Positions 29,242 to 39,397 of a stretch of DNA of 64,000 bases are shown here, in pieces. The notes under the pieces are model-generated. The model had not been told where the DNA came from and made no database searches. It saw only the letters and a program-made list of their open reading frames with translations. The stretch is taken from positions 918 through 64,917 of IMG/VR virus record IMGVR_UViG_3300044833_000060, one strand, 5' to 3'. This DNA comes from a virus. Its lineage: Duplodnaviria; Caudoviricetes. Within the stretch, counting starts at the first letter, position 1, and each line of letters starts with the position of its first letter. The position numbers and the translations under genes are program-made.

Positions 29242-30122
29242 AGCTAGCCGTCTTCTTTCCCGCATCTTTGTTCTCCGCATGGGCCTGTTCTTATGGGCTG
29301 GTCGATACGCTGCGGAGGATGGGGCATAAAGTAACCGCCTTGCCGGTTCATCCCGACAATCAGAATCCGCCGATAGGAGCTGTTGAAAGTGGACTTGGCG
29401 GGTACGATGGCATGATTATTTCCGGCCCTGAACACATCGCGAAAAGTGAGCGTTGCGTAGTTCTCGGGAAAAAACTGCCCACTGTCGCATGGCTGCACGA
29501 AACCGTTGAGCGTGAAGACTACGGCAAACTCGACGTGGAAGCCTTGAAGCGGAGCGCTGATATTATTTTCTGCCCCGGCATTCAGGATGAGAAGTACGGA
29601 TTCCGCTACCTTCCGTTCGGAGTAGACACGGAAATCTTCAAGCCAGCCAAGACTGAGAAGACCATCGACGCTAGCTTCATCGGCTTGCTGTATCCGAAGC
29701 GCCAAGCGTTCCTGAAAGAATTAAAGCAGCACGGAATAAGTATAACTACCGGCAATGTGCAAGTGTTGGAACTCGGTGGCGTGAATCCACGGAAGACCGC
29801 CGAACTCTATGCGGAGAATATCCGGAAGATCAAAGTGTTTGTGAATCTGCCGACGCTGTCGCAATTGGCGGTGACGAAGATTTATGAAGTAGCGGCATGC
29901 GGCACTCCCCTTCTAACGCCGGAAGTGGCGGACATGCGCAATCTGGAGTCTCTTCCAGTGTTGACCTATAAAGACGCGAAGGAATGTGCGGCAAAGATGG
30001 ACTGGGTGTTTAGCGGAAGTGCGTCCAAGGAGATGCACGATAACCATCGTCTCGAACTGCGCTGCGAAGTCTTGGTGAATGCCCTGAAAGAGATCGGCGT
30101 TCGGGAAAGCGTGTGCGCCTGA
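29238..30122 (+). CDS. Glycosyltransferase, GT-B (Glyco_trans_1_2/CgeB-like)
   Basis: YLPFGVDTEIFKP...FIG..Y.KR...KVFVN......KIYEVAACG.PLLT. Confidence 0.8.
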   Translation: MKLAVFFPASLFSAWACSYGLVDTLRRMGHKVTALPVHPDNQNPPIGAVESGLGGYDGMIISGPEHIAKSERCVVLGKKLPTVAWLHETVEREDYGKLDVEALKRSADIIFCPGIQDEKYGFRYLPFGVDTEIFKPAKTEKTIDASFIGLLYPKRQAFLKELKQHGISITTGNVQVLELGGVNPRKTAELYAENIRKIKVFVNLPTLSQLAVTKIYEVAACGTPLLTPEVADMRNLESLPVLTYKDAKECAAKMDWVFSGSASKEMHDNHRLELRCEVLVNALKEIGVRESVCA

Positions 30123-31003
30123 AAGCACTGGTTACAGGTTCAGCGGGATTCGTGGGGCGGCATCTCGTCCCGAAGTTGGAGGCGGCCGGTTACATAGTTA
30201 GTCGCAGCGATCTAACGCCAGATACCTCTCCACTTGCGCGATATGTAGAAGTTAGCGAAGCACGGTTCGGATGGGGCAATGAACTACTTAACGGCAAAGG
30301 CCAGCGAGTTCTAGCGGAGTTTGATCTCGTCGTCCACCTCGCCGCGAACATCGTCAACGTGGATGCCCGCATGAATGGCGGCATGGAGATGTACTCTGAC
30401 ATTGACATTGATCTCGCGATGTGCCGTTGGCTGGAAAAGAATCCACCAAAGCAGTGCGCCGTGCTGATGAGTTCCTGCGCTGTTGATTATCCATCCGATC
30501 CTTACTGCATTGTGAAGCGCAATCTGGAATCCTTCGCGCAGACCTTGCACAAGAAAGGCGTGCCAGTCGTCGTGTTACGCCCCTTCTCAGGCTATGGAGA
30601 AAATCAGAGCGAAGAGTATCCCTTCCGCGCAATTCTGGAGCGAGTCAAGCGCGGCGACAATCCGGTCACCGTGTGGGGCGGCTCTCAGGTGCGCGACTGG
30701 ATTCATATTGACGATCTGACAGACGCGATCCTGTTTGCAATTAAGGAACTGCCGCGCCGACCGGAGCCCGTAGAGGTTGGGACGCGGCGTGGAATCTCCT
30801 TGCGGGATGTCGCGAGCGCGATGCTGCGCACTGCGGGAAGCGATGCCGCGATTGTATGTGATGAAACCAAGCCTGCTTCGTCCGCACGGCGCGTGGCCGG
30901 GGAAAATGGCAACGCGATCTTACAGACATGGGGGTGGACTCCGAAGATTAGCCTGGAAGCTGCGATCTCCCGAGCACTGGAAGGAGTTTCATGCCGCCAG
31001 TAG
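30113..31003 (+). CDS. NAD-dependent nucleotide-sugar epimerase/dehydratase
   Basis: LVTGSAGFVG, VVHLAA, SS, YCIVK (YxxxK), RPFSGYG, RDWIHIDD, GWTPKISL. Confidence 0.9.
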   Translation: MRLKALVTGSAGFVGRHLVPKLEAAGYIVSRSDLTPDTSPLARYVEVSEARFGWGNELLNGKGQRVLAEFDLVVHLAANIVNVDARMNGGMEMYSDIDIDLAMCRWLEKNPPKQCAVLMSSCAVDYPSDPYCIVKRNLESFAQTLHKKGVPVVVLRPFSGYGENQSEEYPFRAILERVKRGDNPVTVWGGSQVRDWIHIDDLTDAILFAIKELPRRPEPVEVGTRRGISLRDVASAMLRTAGSDAAIVCDETKPASSARRVAGENGNAILQTWGWTPKISLEAAISRALEGVSCRQ

Positions 31004-31719
31004 GAGGGGGATTCAGTTGGGACCAGGTCATTCAATTCGCCAATCGCCGCACCGAACAACGCGGAACATCTCTTGATCTTGATGGTGAACTATTTACAGC
31101 CATACAGGAAGTATGTCTTGAGCAGCGCTGGTGGTGGCGTCGTCGCATTAGCCTCTTTAATTTAGTGGCGGGACAAGCGTTGTATGATCTCACCGCGACG
31201 TCGGCTGGAGCCATCAATGCGCCAGACCTCCAGCAGATCGCCAAGAATGGCTTCAAGATTTATACTCCTGGCACTTCCTGCTATGGATGTCCGGACCCGG
31301 TCTTTGACGTGGATCAGCAAGACAATATTTTGGCTACGCAATCGCTATATCCGCCAGCTATGCCGTGTCGCTTCTTTATTCTGGCTGGCCAAACCTCGAC
31401 TCTAATCGTTGACCCGGTTCCTGACCAGAATTACTCATGTGCGCTTGGTTACTGGGCGATCCCGAATTACACCGACGACGACCAAGATCTAAGCATTCCT
31501 TTACTCCCAGTCTGGATGCAGCCAGTCCTCATTAAAAAACTGGAAGCGCAGATTGAACGCTATTCCCAGAGCGAAGAAGGCCCGCAGAAATACGAAATGG
31601 TCATGAGTGAGTATCAGCGGCTTCTTGAGAAAGCCTCACTCTATCGGCAATTTGCTGATGGATTAGTGGAAGATCTCCGCGTTCGCTCGCATACCGACTC
31701 GGTACAAAGCACCAGCTAA
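30991..31719 (+). CDS. Head-tail adaptor (tail tubular A / gp4-like)
   Basis: RWWWRR....L.AGQ..YDL...P.P...Y pattern; position before the nozzle gene. Confidence 0.6.
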   Translation: MPPVGGGFSWDQVIQFANRRTEQRGTSLDLDGELFTAIQEVCLEQRWWWRRRISLFNLVAGQALYDLTATSAGAINAPDLQQIAKNGFKIYTPGTSCYGCPDPVFDVDQQDNILATQSLYPPAMPCRFFILAGQTSTLIVDPVPDQNYSCALGYWAIPNYTDDDQDLSIPLLPVWMQPVLIKKLEAQIERYSQSEEGPQKYEMVMSEYQRLLEKASLYRQFADGLVEDLRVRSHTDSVQSTS

Positions 31720-31727
31720 AACCTTTC

Positions 31728-34418
31728 ATGCCTCTCAAGCCAGCAGAAACTTATCCCGCAGGCGGCGTAGATTCGCGCTCGAATCCTATCGCCATGCCTC
31801 CGGATCGGTGTCTTATGGTGCATGACTTTTGGCCGCAGCAAGACGGCAGCTATCGGCTCCGAGATGGATACACACTGTATGCAACCGGTTTGCAAGCGGG
31901 CCTGCCAATTCATTCTGTAGTGAGCGTGACCGGCCCTGCTCCCTCATTCACTCCATTGGTAGTCTTCTGGCAGGGAAAGGTGCCTTACGTTATCGATCAG
32001 GCGATGAACGTGGTTACCACGCCCACGATTCGCGGCACGGCAATTCAATCAAGTTCGCGCTTTTCTTATTTTTATACCAACGGACACTTACACGCCTTCA
32101 ACGGCACAGATGCCAAATGGTTTGATGGGACGGCGTGGAGAGATATCGGCCTTCCATCCTTAACCTCAGCCCAAGCGGCGGCGGTAATAATGCAGCCTGG
32201 GCTCGAAGCCATTACCCCAACGCAGGCCACAGCCGTTGTGATGACCGCTGCCTCTGGCGGGGCGTGGATTGGCCCTGCCACGGTTAACTGCTGGCTAGCT
32301 TTTTTTGATACGGCTACCAACATCCTCGCCGCCTCTGCACTCAGCTTGGGATCTGGACCGCTCAGCATCGCCGCCGGACAGAAGATCAATCTGACTAATC
32401 TACCGTCGAGCGGAATCACTACGGCGGTGGCGTTACTTGCATTTCAGAACGGCGCGCCGGCCTTGGGTTTGCCGGGTGCCGTGTTTGCGGCGTCGGGTTT
32501 CAAAACCCTTGCCTCGGTGTCGGTAGACGGCGCGACCGTCACCCTAAAGATCGTTGCCCACGGTTGGAGTACCGGAGCGGTGATTGCTTTCAATAACAGC
32601 AATGGCCCAGCTGGTTTTAGCGATGGACCATTCGCCGTCACGGTGATTGATGCCGACCACGTTGCCTTCACCACACCGCGCGCGCAACTCTATACTGGAG
32701 TTCTAGCAGGGACGGCAATCTTCGCTTTAATTTCAGTGCCTAACGGGACCACGTCTGGATCTATTTCGCAGACGGTAGGAGCATCCGCTCAGGGAATCTC
32801 TTTCGATGTTAACGGCGGGAATATGTTTCCCTATGCTAACGATCCCACGCAAATTTCCGGCTTAGCAGCATCCTCGATTGGAGGATCGCAGCCGGGATAT
32901 CTGTTCTTTGGGTCGATTTACAATCTTGTGACTGGTCACGTGGGAAATAGAACGCAGTTAGGTTTGCGCTTAAACAATACCGCAACGCTTGCCTCCATTC
33001 TCCTCACTGGCCTGCCGACATTTACGGACAGCGAATGGGTCCTGCTCCTTGGAAGAACGGGAGACGGAGCGGAGATTCCGTATGCCATCATCGACAACAA
33101 TGCTAACTGGCAGTTTGCGCCAAACGACCAAACTACACTTACCCTTTTACCGTATGGGATTGATGGGAATTCAGAACTGCCGTCTCGCAACTACCCCCCT
33201 CCCGGAACGCTCGATTCTAACTATCAATATTCGCTTTTGCCGGGAGGCGCGGCGCAGAATCCTCCCATCATCGGAACCTTCGTCAATGTATGGGTAGAGA
33301 GTGATCATTGCTGCGGAACTTTGGCCGGAAGTCCAACCATTTACCGTTCCGGCTCCGCCTTAGACTTTAGGGAAGGCGTGTTTGTCGGACTCCCAGAGCA
33401 ATCTTGGGACCCAGGTGATATAGAGACGTTCCCCACAGGAAGTCCGGTGGTCGCGGGGCATAGTTACCAGCAAGAGTCCTGGTGTTTCACTCGCCAGGAT
33501 TGCGCGATTCTCATGGAACTGGCGGGGGAGACCTCGTGGCAAGGCCCTTACAACATCGGCGGCGCGGGACAACACGCATGGACAAGAGGCTGGCAAAACC
33601 TACCATTTTGGGTCACTGGAGAAAAGGAATTAGCCACAGTGTCGCTCGGTGGTTGGCAGCAATTAGCCGGTACCACGTCTTCGGCGAATGCCGGACCGGT
33701 CATTATTTCCAGCGAATACGAGGCTGCTTTACTGTCCAAAATCGGTGACGCTTATCTTAGTCAGACGGAAGTTTCGTACATCCGGCAGCCGCTAAAGATG
33801 GTCGAAGTGCTTCGCATCAAGTGCTTCGATGCCAACGGAAATCCTTTTACCATCATCCACGACTTCAATATGCGTGATGAGCGGTCCCCATACGGGCAAG
33901 CCTATCAGGAAACATTTCTGGGAGAGTTGGGGACGGCCTTTACTCAGGCCACAATTCGCGATCAGAACGAGAAATCGCAAGTGATTTGCGGCGGAGCCGA
34001 TGGCAACCTCTACCTGCTTTATTCTGGTGGGAATGATAACGGAGTGGAATTCCTAGCGCGAGCTCTACGCTTGGTAAACCTTGGCCCGCAACGAACAGCG
34101 GTTAAGTTTTTGGAATGGTATGGCGACGGCAAAGCGCACTGGTACATTAGCCGCAAATTAAACACTCCTTTCAATGTGGAGCAGATGACCGACCTCTGTC
34201 AGGAAGCTCCGCAGGAAGTACAGGGCGAGGAGGGGGACAACCGCTGGATCGTGGATATTCCTACTCCAGAGATGGTGCACGCTTATATTCTGTTGCAACT
34301 TACATCACACTCGACGGACGGAAGTTCGGATTTAAATTCCCCGCCTCACATGCCAGTAGAAAGCTACGGACGGGTCTGGTTGGTGGCGCCGCAACTCGGG
34401 GCAAGCCGCCCTCGGTAA
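31728..34418 (+). CDS. Tail nozzle / DNA stabilization protein (tail tubular B / P22 gp10-like)
   Basis: 896 aa, beta-rich; GGVDSR...DGSYRLRDG N-terminus typical of podophage nozzles; no signal peptide. Confidence 0.65.
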   Translation: MPLKPAETYPAGGVDSRSNPIAMPPDRCLMVHDFWPQQDGSYRLRDGYTLYATGLQAGLPIHSVVSVTGPAPSFTPLVVFWQGKVPYVIDQAMNVVTTPTIRGTAIQSSSRFSYFYTNGHLHAFNGTDAKWFDGTAWRDIGLPSLTSAQAAAVIMQPGLEAITPTQATAVVMTAASGGAWIGPATVNCWLAFFDTATNILAASALSLGSGPLSIAAGQKINLTNLPSSGITTAVALLAFQNGAPALGLPGAVFAASGFKTLASVSVDGATVTLKIVAHGWSTGAVIAFNNSNGPAGFSDGPFAVTVIDADHVAFTTPRAQLYTGVLAGTAIFALISVPNGTTSGSISQTVGASAQGISFDVNGGNMFPYANDPTQISGLAASSIGGSQPGYLFFGSIYNLVTGHVGNRTQLGLRLNNTATLASILLTGLPTFTDSEWVLLLGRTGDGAEIPYAIIDNNANWQFAPNDQTTLTLLPYGIDGNSELPSRNYPPPGTLDSNYQYSLLPGGAAQNPPIIGTFVNVWVESDHCCGTLAGSPTIYRSGSALDFREGVFVGLPEQSWDPGDIETFPTGSPVVAGHSYQQESWCFTRQDCAILMELAGETSWQGPYNIGGAGQHAWTRGWQNLPFWVTGEKELATVSLGGWQQLAGTTSSANAGPVIISSEYEAALLSKIGDAYLSQTEVSYIRQPLKMVEVLRIKCFDANGNPFTIIHDFNMRDERSPYGQAYQETFLGELGTAFTQATIRDQNEKSQVICGGADGNLYLLYSGGNDNGVEFLARALRLVNLGPQRTAVKFLEWYGDGKAHWYISRKLNTPFNVEQMTDLCQEAPQEVQGEEGDNRWIVDIPTPEMVHAYILLQLTSHSTDGSSDLNSPPHMPVESYGRVWLVAPQLGASRPR

Positions 34419-34422
34419 CTAT

Positions 34423-34923
34423 ATGGGGAAATCACTGGTGGCGACTTTAGCAGGCGGTAATTACCTTCAGCGAGCGATTGAAAAGCAGAACGTCACGAAT
34501 TTTCTGCGGGTACATGGAACGGCGGCCTCGCCCAGCGCGCCTAGGGATGTTCAGATCCAATCAGCGGCGGGCGGTGTTCTGGTCTCGTGGAAATTGCCGA
34601 CGCAGCACGATAGTGTGGCTGGCTGGCGTGTCTACGTGAATACCGAAACCAATTTAGCCGCACAGATACGCGACAAAGGAACTCGGCAACTCTTTATTCC
34701 ACTAAGTTCTGGCGCGAACCCAGCTTCGGTCAATGTCATGGTTTCCTCGTTCACCACTCTTGGCCGCGAATCGGCGAAGGTTGTTAAACAAGCAACTCCG
34801 GCTCCGCAAACGACAACCACGGTCGTTCCCACGGTTCCTCCTGGATATCAACAGGAGTCAGCCGGCGGCAGTAATCGGGGTTTGGTGCGTTTCAACGGGG
34901 AATCGCAATACGTTCATCCATGA
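34423..34923 (+). CDS. FN3-like virion protein
   Basis: PSAPRDV....VLVSW..P.....GWRVY....GRES. Confidence 0.55.
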   Translation: MGKSLVATLAGGNYLQRAIEKQNVTNFLRVHGTAASPSAPRDVQIQSAAGGVLVSWKLPTQHDSVAGWRVYVNTETNLAAQIRDKGTRQLFIPLSSGANPASVNVMVSSFTTLGRESAKVVKQATPAPQTTTTVVPTVPPGYQQESAGGSNRGLVRFNGESQYVHP

Positions 34924-35354
34924 GTCTTCGCGCAATCGCATTGGATTTTAACCGGGCTGGCGGATATGCCATGCCACAAGACCGGGAACTACATCGGATG
35001 GCAATTGAATTTGCTAAGAAGGACATGGCCGAGATTCCGGATTATTCCAGTTTCGCAAAGGTGTGGGTTGTGACGGAATGTGGGCCGGATGACAAGCCTG
35101 TCGAGATCCATGGGGCGCTAGGTTTTACGATGCGGCCGGACTTCACGTTAGTGCGTTTCAAAAGCAAGCAAGCTCTCATAACGGGATACAGTCGAGCCAA
35201 TGCATACCTTGCTGACAACGGATGCCGAGGCAGTGAATCGTTGGTATTTGTCGATTCCAAAGAGGGTCCAGAGCAAAGGTGTCCGCAGTGGGAAGAATCA
35301 CTCGCTGCCCTTAACGCCAAAGCAGCCGATCGCTGGCTGATCAAGATTCGATGA
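34920..35354 (+). CDS. Hypothetical protein (GNAT-like position before the ejection genes)
   Basis: Coupled ORF; synteny with podophage tail modules. Confidence 0.45.
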   Translation: MSLRAIALDFNRAGGYAMPQDRELHRMAIEFAKKDMAEIPDYSSFAKVWVVTECGPDDKPVEIHGALGFTMRPDFTLVRFKSKQALITGYSRANAYLADNGCRGSESLVFVDSKEGPEQRCPQWEESLAALNAKAADRWLIKIR

Positions 35355-35364
35355 GGAACAATAA

Positions 35365-35610
35365 ATGAGCTTTACGACTCTCGGAGATGTTTACGAAGTA
35401 GTCTTCCGCGTCAGCAAAAAAGTAGGCGGAGTGTGGGTAGCCGATCCACAGAATTCCGGCCAGCAAGGGAAGCATAACGTGGTTGCAGCCAGCGAAGCGA
35501 ATGCAGCCTCAATCGTTCAAGCGTACATGGGACACGACAATGTTGCGACGCGGGTCGAGTGCCACGGCGGAGTGCGCAAGATTATGACGAGCGTCATCAT
35601 CGCAGCGTAA
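35365..35610 (+). CDS. Hypothetical protein
   Basis: GAGGA RBS, in operon. Confidence 0.55.
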   Translation: MSFTTLGDVYEVVFRVSKKVGGVWVADPQNSGQQGKHNVVAASEANAASIVQAYMGHDNVATRVECHGGVRKIMTSVIIAA

Positions 35611-35611
35611 T

Positions 35612-36100
35612 CTAAATGACGTGTTTCCAGTCAATTCGTTTGACGATGCCTCTTATCGTGGCACGACACACACCGTATTTATTCGAGAGACTTCTATAAC
35701 CATGCCCACGAGAACCGGCAATATATTCGCTGCGAATCTGGCGAACGACGGAGGCAGTAAGAACAGCATCATGGTTTTGTTCTCCAGAATGTGCGCCACG
35801 CTGTCGATTCTTTCGTATCTTATCCTCCATGTTGTCTTGGCGCGTCCCTTCGAACAAATGACGCGGGTTAAAGCATGGCGGATTATCGCATCGGTGGAGC
35901 GCACATGGGGTGGGGTAATGGCCGTAAGTCAGTTGGAACGCCAGCCTATGCACGGCAGTGGTTATGCCGTGAACGTTCACAATGCCGTAACCTCCAACAT
36001 CGCGGCAATACGGCCAAATGAGGCATTCATTAGAGGCGTGGGATTCGAGAACTTCCTTGACCCACTCAAGAAGAGTTTTATTGCTAAACTTAGACGGCAT
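35612..36100 (-). CDS. HNH homing endonuclease (HNH_3), antisense insertion
   Basis: ECLIW....GYG....VHRLAF....LHRCDNPPCFNPRHLFEGTRQDNMED; GAGGAG RBS; upstream hairpin at 36128-36161. Confidence 0.9.
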   Translation of the reverse strand: MPSKFSNKTLLEWVKEVLESHASNECLIWPYCRDVGGYGIVNVHGITTAVHRLAFQLTYGHYPTPCALHRCDNPPCFNPRHLFEGTRQDNMEDKIRKNRQRGAHSGEQNHDAVLTASVVRQIRSEYIAGSRGHGYRSLSNKYGVCRATIRGIVKRIDWKHVI

Positions 36101-36195
36101 CGTTGCTCCTCAAAAGCATCGGTGTTAGGGCGTTCGTCACTCCGCAAGAGTGCGAGCGCCCATCTCATCTTAGCATCGACCCAATTGGTAACGAT

Positions 36196-36831
36196 ATGAA
36201 AATCACTACCAAGGCTGTCTTTGATATCGCGACCAGTGACCTCATTGAGTGGCATGGATACGAATATGAAGGACCACTGGAATTGGCCGGAGGAGGCCCG
36301 TCTAGCAGTCAGCAAGCTGCGCAGCAACAAACATTGCAAAACTCGCAGCAAGAAGGCGCTCTGGCGAACCAGAGCGCACAAAAGTTCAACGCTCTCGGGA
36401 GCAGCGTCTCTCCTTTCTATCAGAATGAAATGACGAATGGACTTCCTTTTTATAATTCGCTTACCGATTTCACTTCGGGCACGACGGCGCAGGCATTCAA
36501 TCCCGCCAAGGCAGCATTCCTGCGCACGCAAGGAACTATGGGAGCGTTGCCGTCCGGCTCCAAAGCGGCGGGAATGAATGACATTAACGAGAATCAAGCG
36601 AAGACCTTCGACAGTGGATTAGTGAACAGCATGTTTGCGCAGCAGCAGGCTAAGCAACAGGGCGCGGCTGGCACTGCTGGACTCATGCAGGCCTATAACC
36701 CGGCAGCTTTTTACGGTGGCTCAAGTTCGGCTGGGAGTTCGGCCAGCCAGCCATTGCAGCCCGCCTATAACCCATGGATGGGGGTACTCGGCGGAGCTGT
36801 CCAAGGCGCAACATCAAAAATCCCGTTCTAG
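36196..36831 (+). CDS. Internal virion / DNA ejection protein
   Basis: MKITTK.V.DI.T......YEYEGPLELAGGG leader, then Q/A/G/S-rich; ends WMGVLGGAVQGA. Confidence 0.65.
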   Translation: MKITTKAVFDIATSDLIEWHGYEYEGPLELAGGGPSSSQQAAQQQTLQNSQQEGALANQSAQKFNALGSSVSPFYQNEMTNGLPFYNSLTDFTSGTTAQAFNPAKAAFLRTQGTMGALPSGSKAAGMNDINENQAKTFDSGLVNSMFAQQQAKQQGAAGTAGLMQAYNPAAFYGGSSSAGSSASQPLQPAYNPWMGVLGGAVQGATSKIPF

Positions 36832-36843
36832 GGGAAGAAGACT

Positions 36844-37140
36844 ATGGGTGGATCACTTGGCGGCATCTTCAGTAACGAGGGGCAGGGCGATGACTTTAAC
36901 AGCGCCACAGGCCAGTACGGCCCATCGACTATGCAAAAGCTCGTGCAAGGCATGGCCAAGGGTGCAGGGCAAGATGTCGGTAAAGCCATGCAGCAACCTG
37001 CGGGGCAGGGCGGCGGCGGCGCTGGCATACCGGGCGCTCCACCAGCCTCTCCGGTGGATGCCGGATACTTTGCCCCTTCGGCACTTCCACAGCGCCAAGC
37101 GATGCCTCCTGGATCTCCATCACCGTTCTACGGACAGTAA
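36844..37140 (+). CDS. Small Gly/Pro-rich ejection-region protein
   Basis: Low complexity; ends SPFYGQ. Confidence 0.5.
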   Translation: MGGSLGGIFSNEGQGDDFNSATGQYGPSTMQKLVQGMAKGAGQDVGKAMQQPAGQGGGGAGIPGAPPASPVDAGYFAPSALPQRQAMPPGSPSPFYGQ

Positions 37141-37682
37141 ATTATGGGTGATTTGCGGCTCAAGATCCGAGATTGTTCTGATCGCACGCCACTCCTTAGC
37201 ATTTCTTGATGAAGGCAACCACAACTTTTGGTACGACCGTGCCGCAGTTTCGAGCCGATAGCGATAACGGTGTTGCCGCACTCGCATTTGCACAACCAGA
37301 CCAACTCCTTATGGCGCGCACCGTAACCAGCAAACTCGATTACACGCAGCCGTCCGAACGCCTTCTTCTTCATCTCGTCTGGCGTTATCACGTTTCTCCG
37401 GTTGCGCATCTGAACTGTGCGAAGAACCCAGCGACAATTGCCGGGTTCATAATTGCCGTCATTATTCATTCGATCAATCATATGCAAAGCAGATGGACGG
37501 AGCCCCATATCGGCCAAGAAATTTTCAAAGAGATGCCATGTTTCACAAACGGCAATGCCGCGCCCGCCGTAATTTTTGAAGCTTTTGTTCTTTGGCTTTT
37601 CGCAGCGTTGCAACATATTATGCCATGCGGCGGATTCTGGACTTCGCAAACCTCCGACCCTGTGTCCATGCGTTGGTTTCAT
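37128..37682 (-). CDS. HNH-type homing endonuclease-like protein, antisense insertion
   Basis: WHNMLQRC...YGGRGIAVC..W..FENFLADMG.RP....IDR.NNDGNYEPGNCRW plus FGRLRV...WLCKCECGN...TKSCGC. Confidence 0.85.
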   Translation of the reverse strand: MKPTHGHRVGGLRSPESAAWHNMLQRCEKPKNKSFKNYGGRGIAVCETWHLFENFLADMGLRPSALHMIDRMNNDGNYEPGNCRWVLRTVQMRNRRNVITPDEMKKKAFGRLRVIEFAGYGARHKELVWLCKCECGNTVIAIGSKLRHGRTKSCGCLHQEMLRSGVRSEQSRILSRKSPIIYCP

Positions 37683-37711
37683 AGCCCAAATATATCGCAA
37701 ATTCCGCTTTT

Positions 37712-39397
37712 ATGGGAGGGAAATTGGGCAGCCTAACCAATCCCGGACTCGCATACGATCAAGGTCAAGGAACCGATCCCTCTTCCGGGATGCAGGTCCA
37801 ACTTCCGCCTATCGTCAAGTACTTCAAGAATGCTGCGCTTCGCGGACATCAGGCAGCGTTGGACGAAATGGCCACTGTCCAGCCGGGGACTTCAACCGTT
37901 AGCGGACCGAACGGCGGAGCGCCGCAAATTCCAAACCCCGGCGAGCCGGATCAGAACACGGCAACCGATAATGCCCCGCCCCGTAGTTCGATGCCGAAGA
38001 TATTCAAGCCGAGCTTCGCGCAAACCACTACAGACGCTCAAGGACTGCCAGCACCCATCAATCCCGCGCAAACCAAACTCGGGAAGTTACTTACGATATT
38101 GGGCGCAGCGGCGCACGGAGCGGCGGCAGGATGGGGAACAGGGAATCCGGCGGCGGGAGCAGACAGAGCGCGAGAGATTCCTCTCCAGATGGCGCAACAG
38201 AGACAGCAACTTGCTCAAGGTCAGGCGCAGACAGAACTTCTGAAGCAGCAAGCGACGATGGTCCAGACGCCTCTCGGCCCCATGACGGCTGCAATGGCGA
38301 AGGTCGTCTATCCATCACTTATTAGCGCTGGAGCGAAGACAAGCTCGGCGCAGATTGGAGCAACCAGCCGAGAGAACGTGCAAGGGATGAAGGGCGACAC
38401 TGCGGAAAATATACAAGGGCAAAAATCGCAGACGGCCACCGATGTGGCGGGAATTAATAAGCGCTTCATGGCAGTTCCGGGAGTCGGGCTGCTGGACACG
38501 CAAGATCCTTCCGGGAAACCATCGCTAATTCCAGGATCAGCGCAAGGCATAACCTTAACCCAACAGCATTTGAACGATTACGGGCTACCACAAGAATTTC
38601 TAGGCAAGACGATGACGCTACAGCAACTCGCACAACTGGAGCGCGTCCAAAATCAGCAAACTACCACGGTGCAAGGCGCGTCAGGTCCAGCTCTCGTAAA
38701 CAAGAAAACAGGAAAAACGACCGGGCTTGGCCTCGGCAACCCGGCGATGGGCAAGCCGCTACAGGTTGGCGATGTCAATAACCCCGGCAACACGACATTC
38801 GTTACCGGTCAGCAAGCCATTACTCAAGGGCTACCTGGAACGCAATCGGCCAGTGTGCAAGTTCCAAAAGCGGCCGCAAAATCAGAAGTGCCGACGAAGA
38901 TTGGCGACCAGAAAGTCGCGTTCAATACAGCGATCCAGCATGCCGATCTACTGCGAACTGCCGTGAAAGCATTGGGTAACGGGGACCAGCAGACTCTCAA
39001 TGGCCTAAAGAATCGTTTCGCCAATGAATTCGGAGCAACGGGACCGATCACCGCTCAAGTCATCGCCGACGCCTACGGAAGAGAAGTGACGGCGATGCTC
39101 TCAAAGGGTCACATGACCGACAGCGAGATTGCCACAGTCGGAAGTACAGTTAACCCGTTGAAACAGAACTTCAAGCAAATCGACAGCGTATTGAATGGCT
39201 ATCAGGCTCTCGCGAAGTCGAAGATGACGCAATTGAACGCGCAAAAACAGAGCGCTATTGCGCAATCACAGACGCAGGGAAAATCTGCTTCGAGTGCGGC
39301 ATTTCCTCAGGGTGCAACCCACATCGTTCCCGGCCCGGACGGACGTAATCACTATACGAATCAGGCTGGCACCATTGATCTTGGAATAGCTCCATAA
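37712..39397 (+). CDS. DNA ejection protein
   Basis: Q/A/G/T-rich helical 561 aa in the podophage ejection-gene position. Confidence 0.6.
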   Translation: MGGKLGSLTNPGLAYDQGQGTDPSSGMQVQLPPIVKYFKNAALRGHQAALDEMATVQPGTSTVSGPNGGAPQIPNPGEPDQNTATDNAPPRSSMPKIFKPSFAQTTTDAQGLPAPINPAQTKLGKLLTILGAAAHGAAAGWGTGNPAAGADRAREIPLQMAQQRQQLAQGQAQTELLKQQATMVQTPLGPMTAAMAKVVYPSLISAGAKTSSAQIGATSRENVQGMKGDTAENIQGQKSQTATDVAGINKRFMAVPGVGLLDTQDPSGKPSLIPGSAQGITLTQQHLNDYGLPQEFLGKTMTLQQLAQLERVQNQQTTTVQGASGPALVNKKTGKTTGLGLGNPAMGKPLQVGDVNNPGNTTFVTGQQAITQGLPGTQSASVQVPKAAAKSEVPTKIGDQKVAFNTAIQHADLLRTAVKALGNGDQQTLNGLKNRFANEFGATGPITAQVIADAYGREVTAMLSKGHMTDSEIATVGSTVNPLKQNFKQIDSVLNGYQALAKSKMTQLNAQKQSAIAQSQTQGKSASSAAFPQGATHIVPGPDGRNHYTNQAGTIDLGIAP

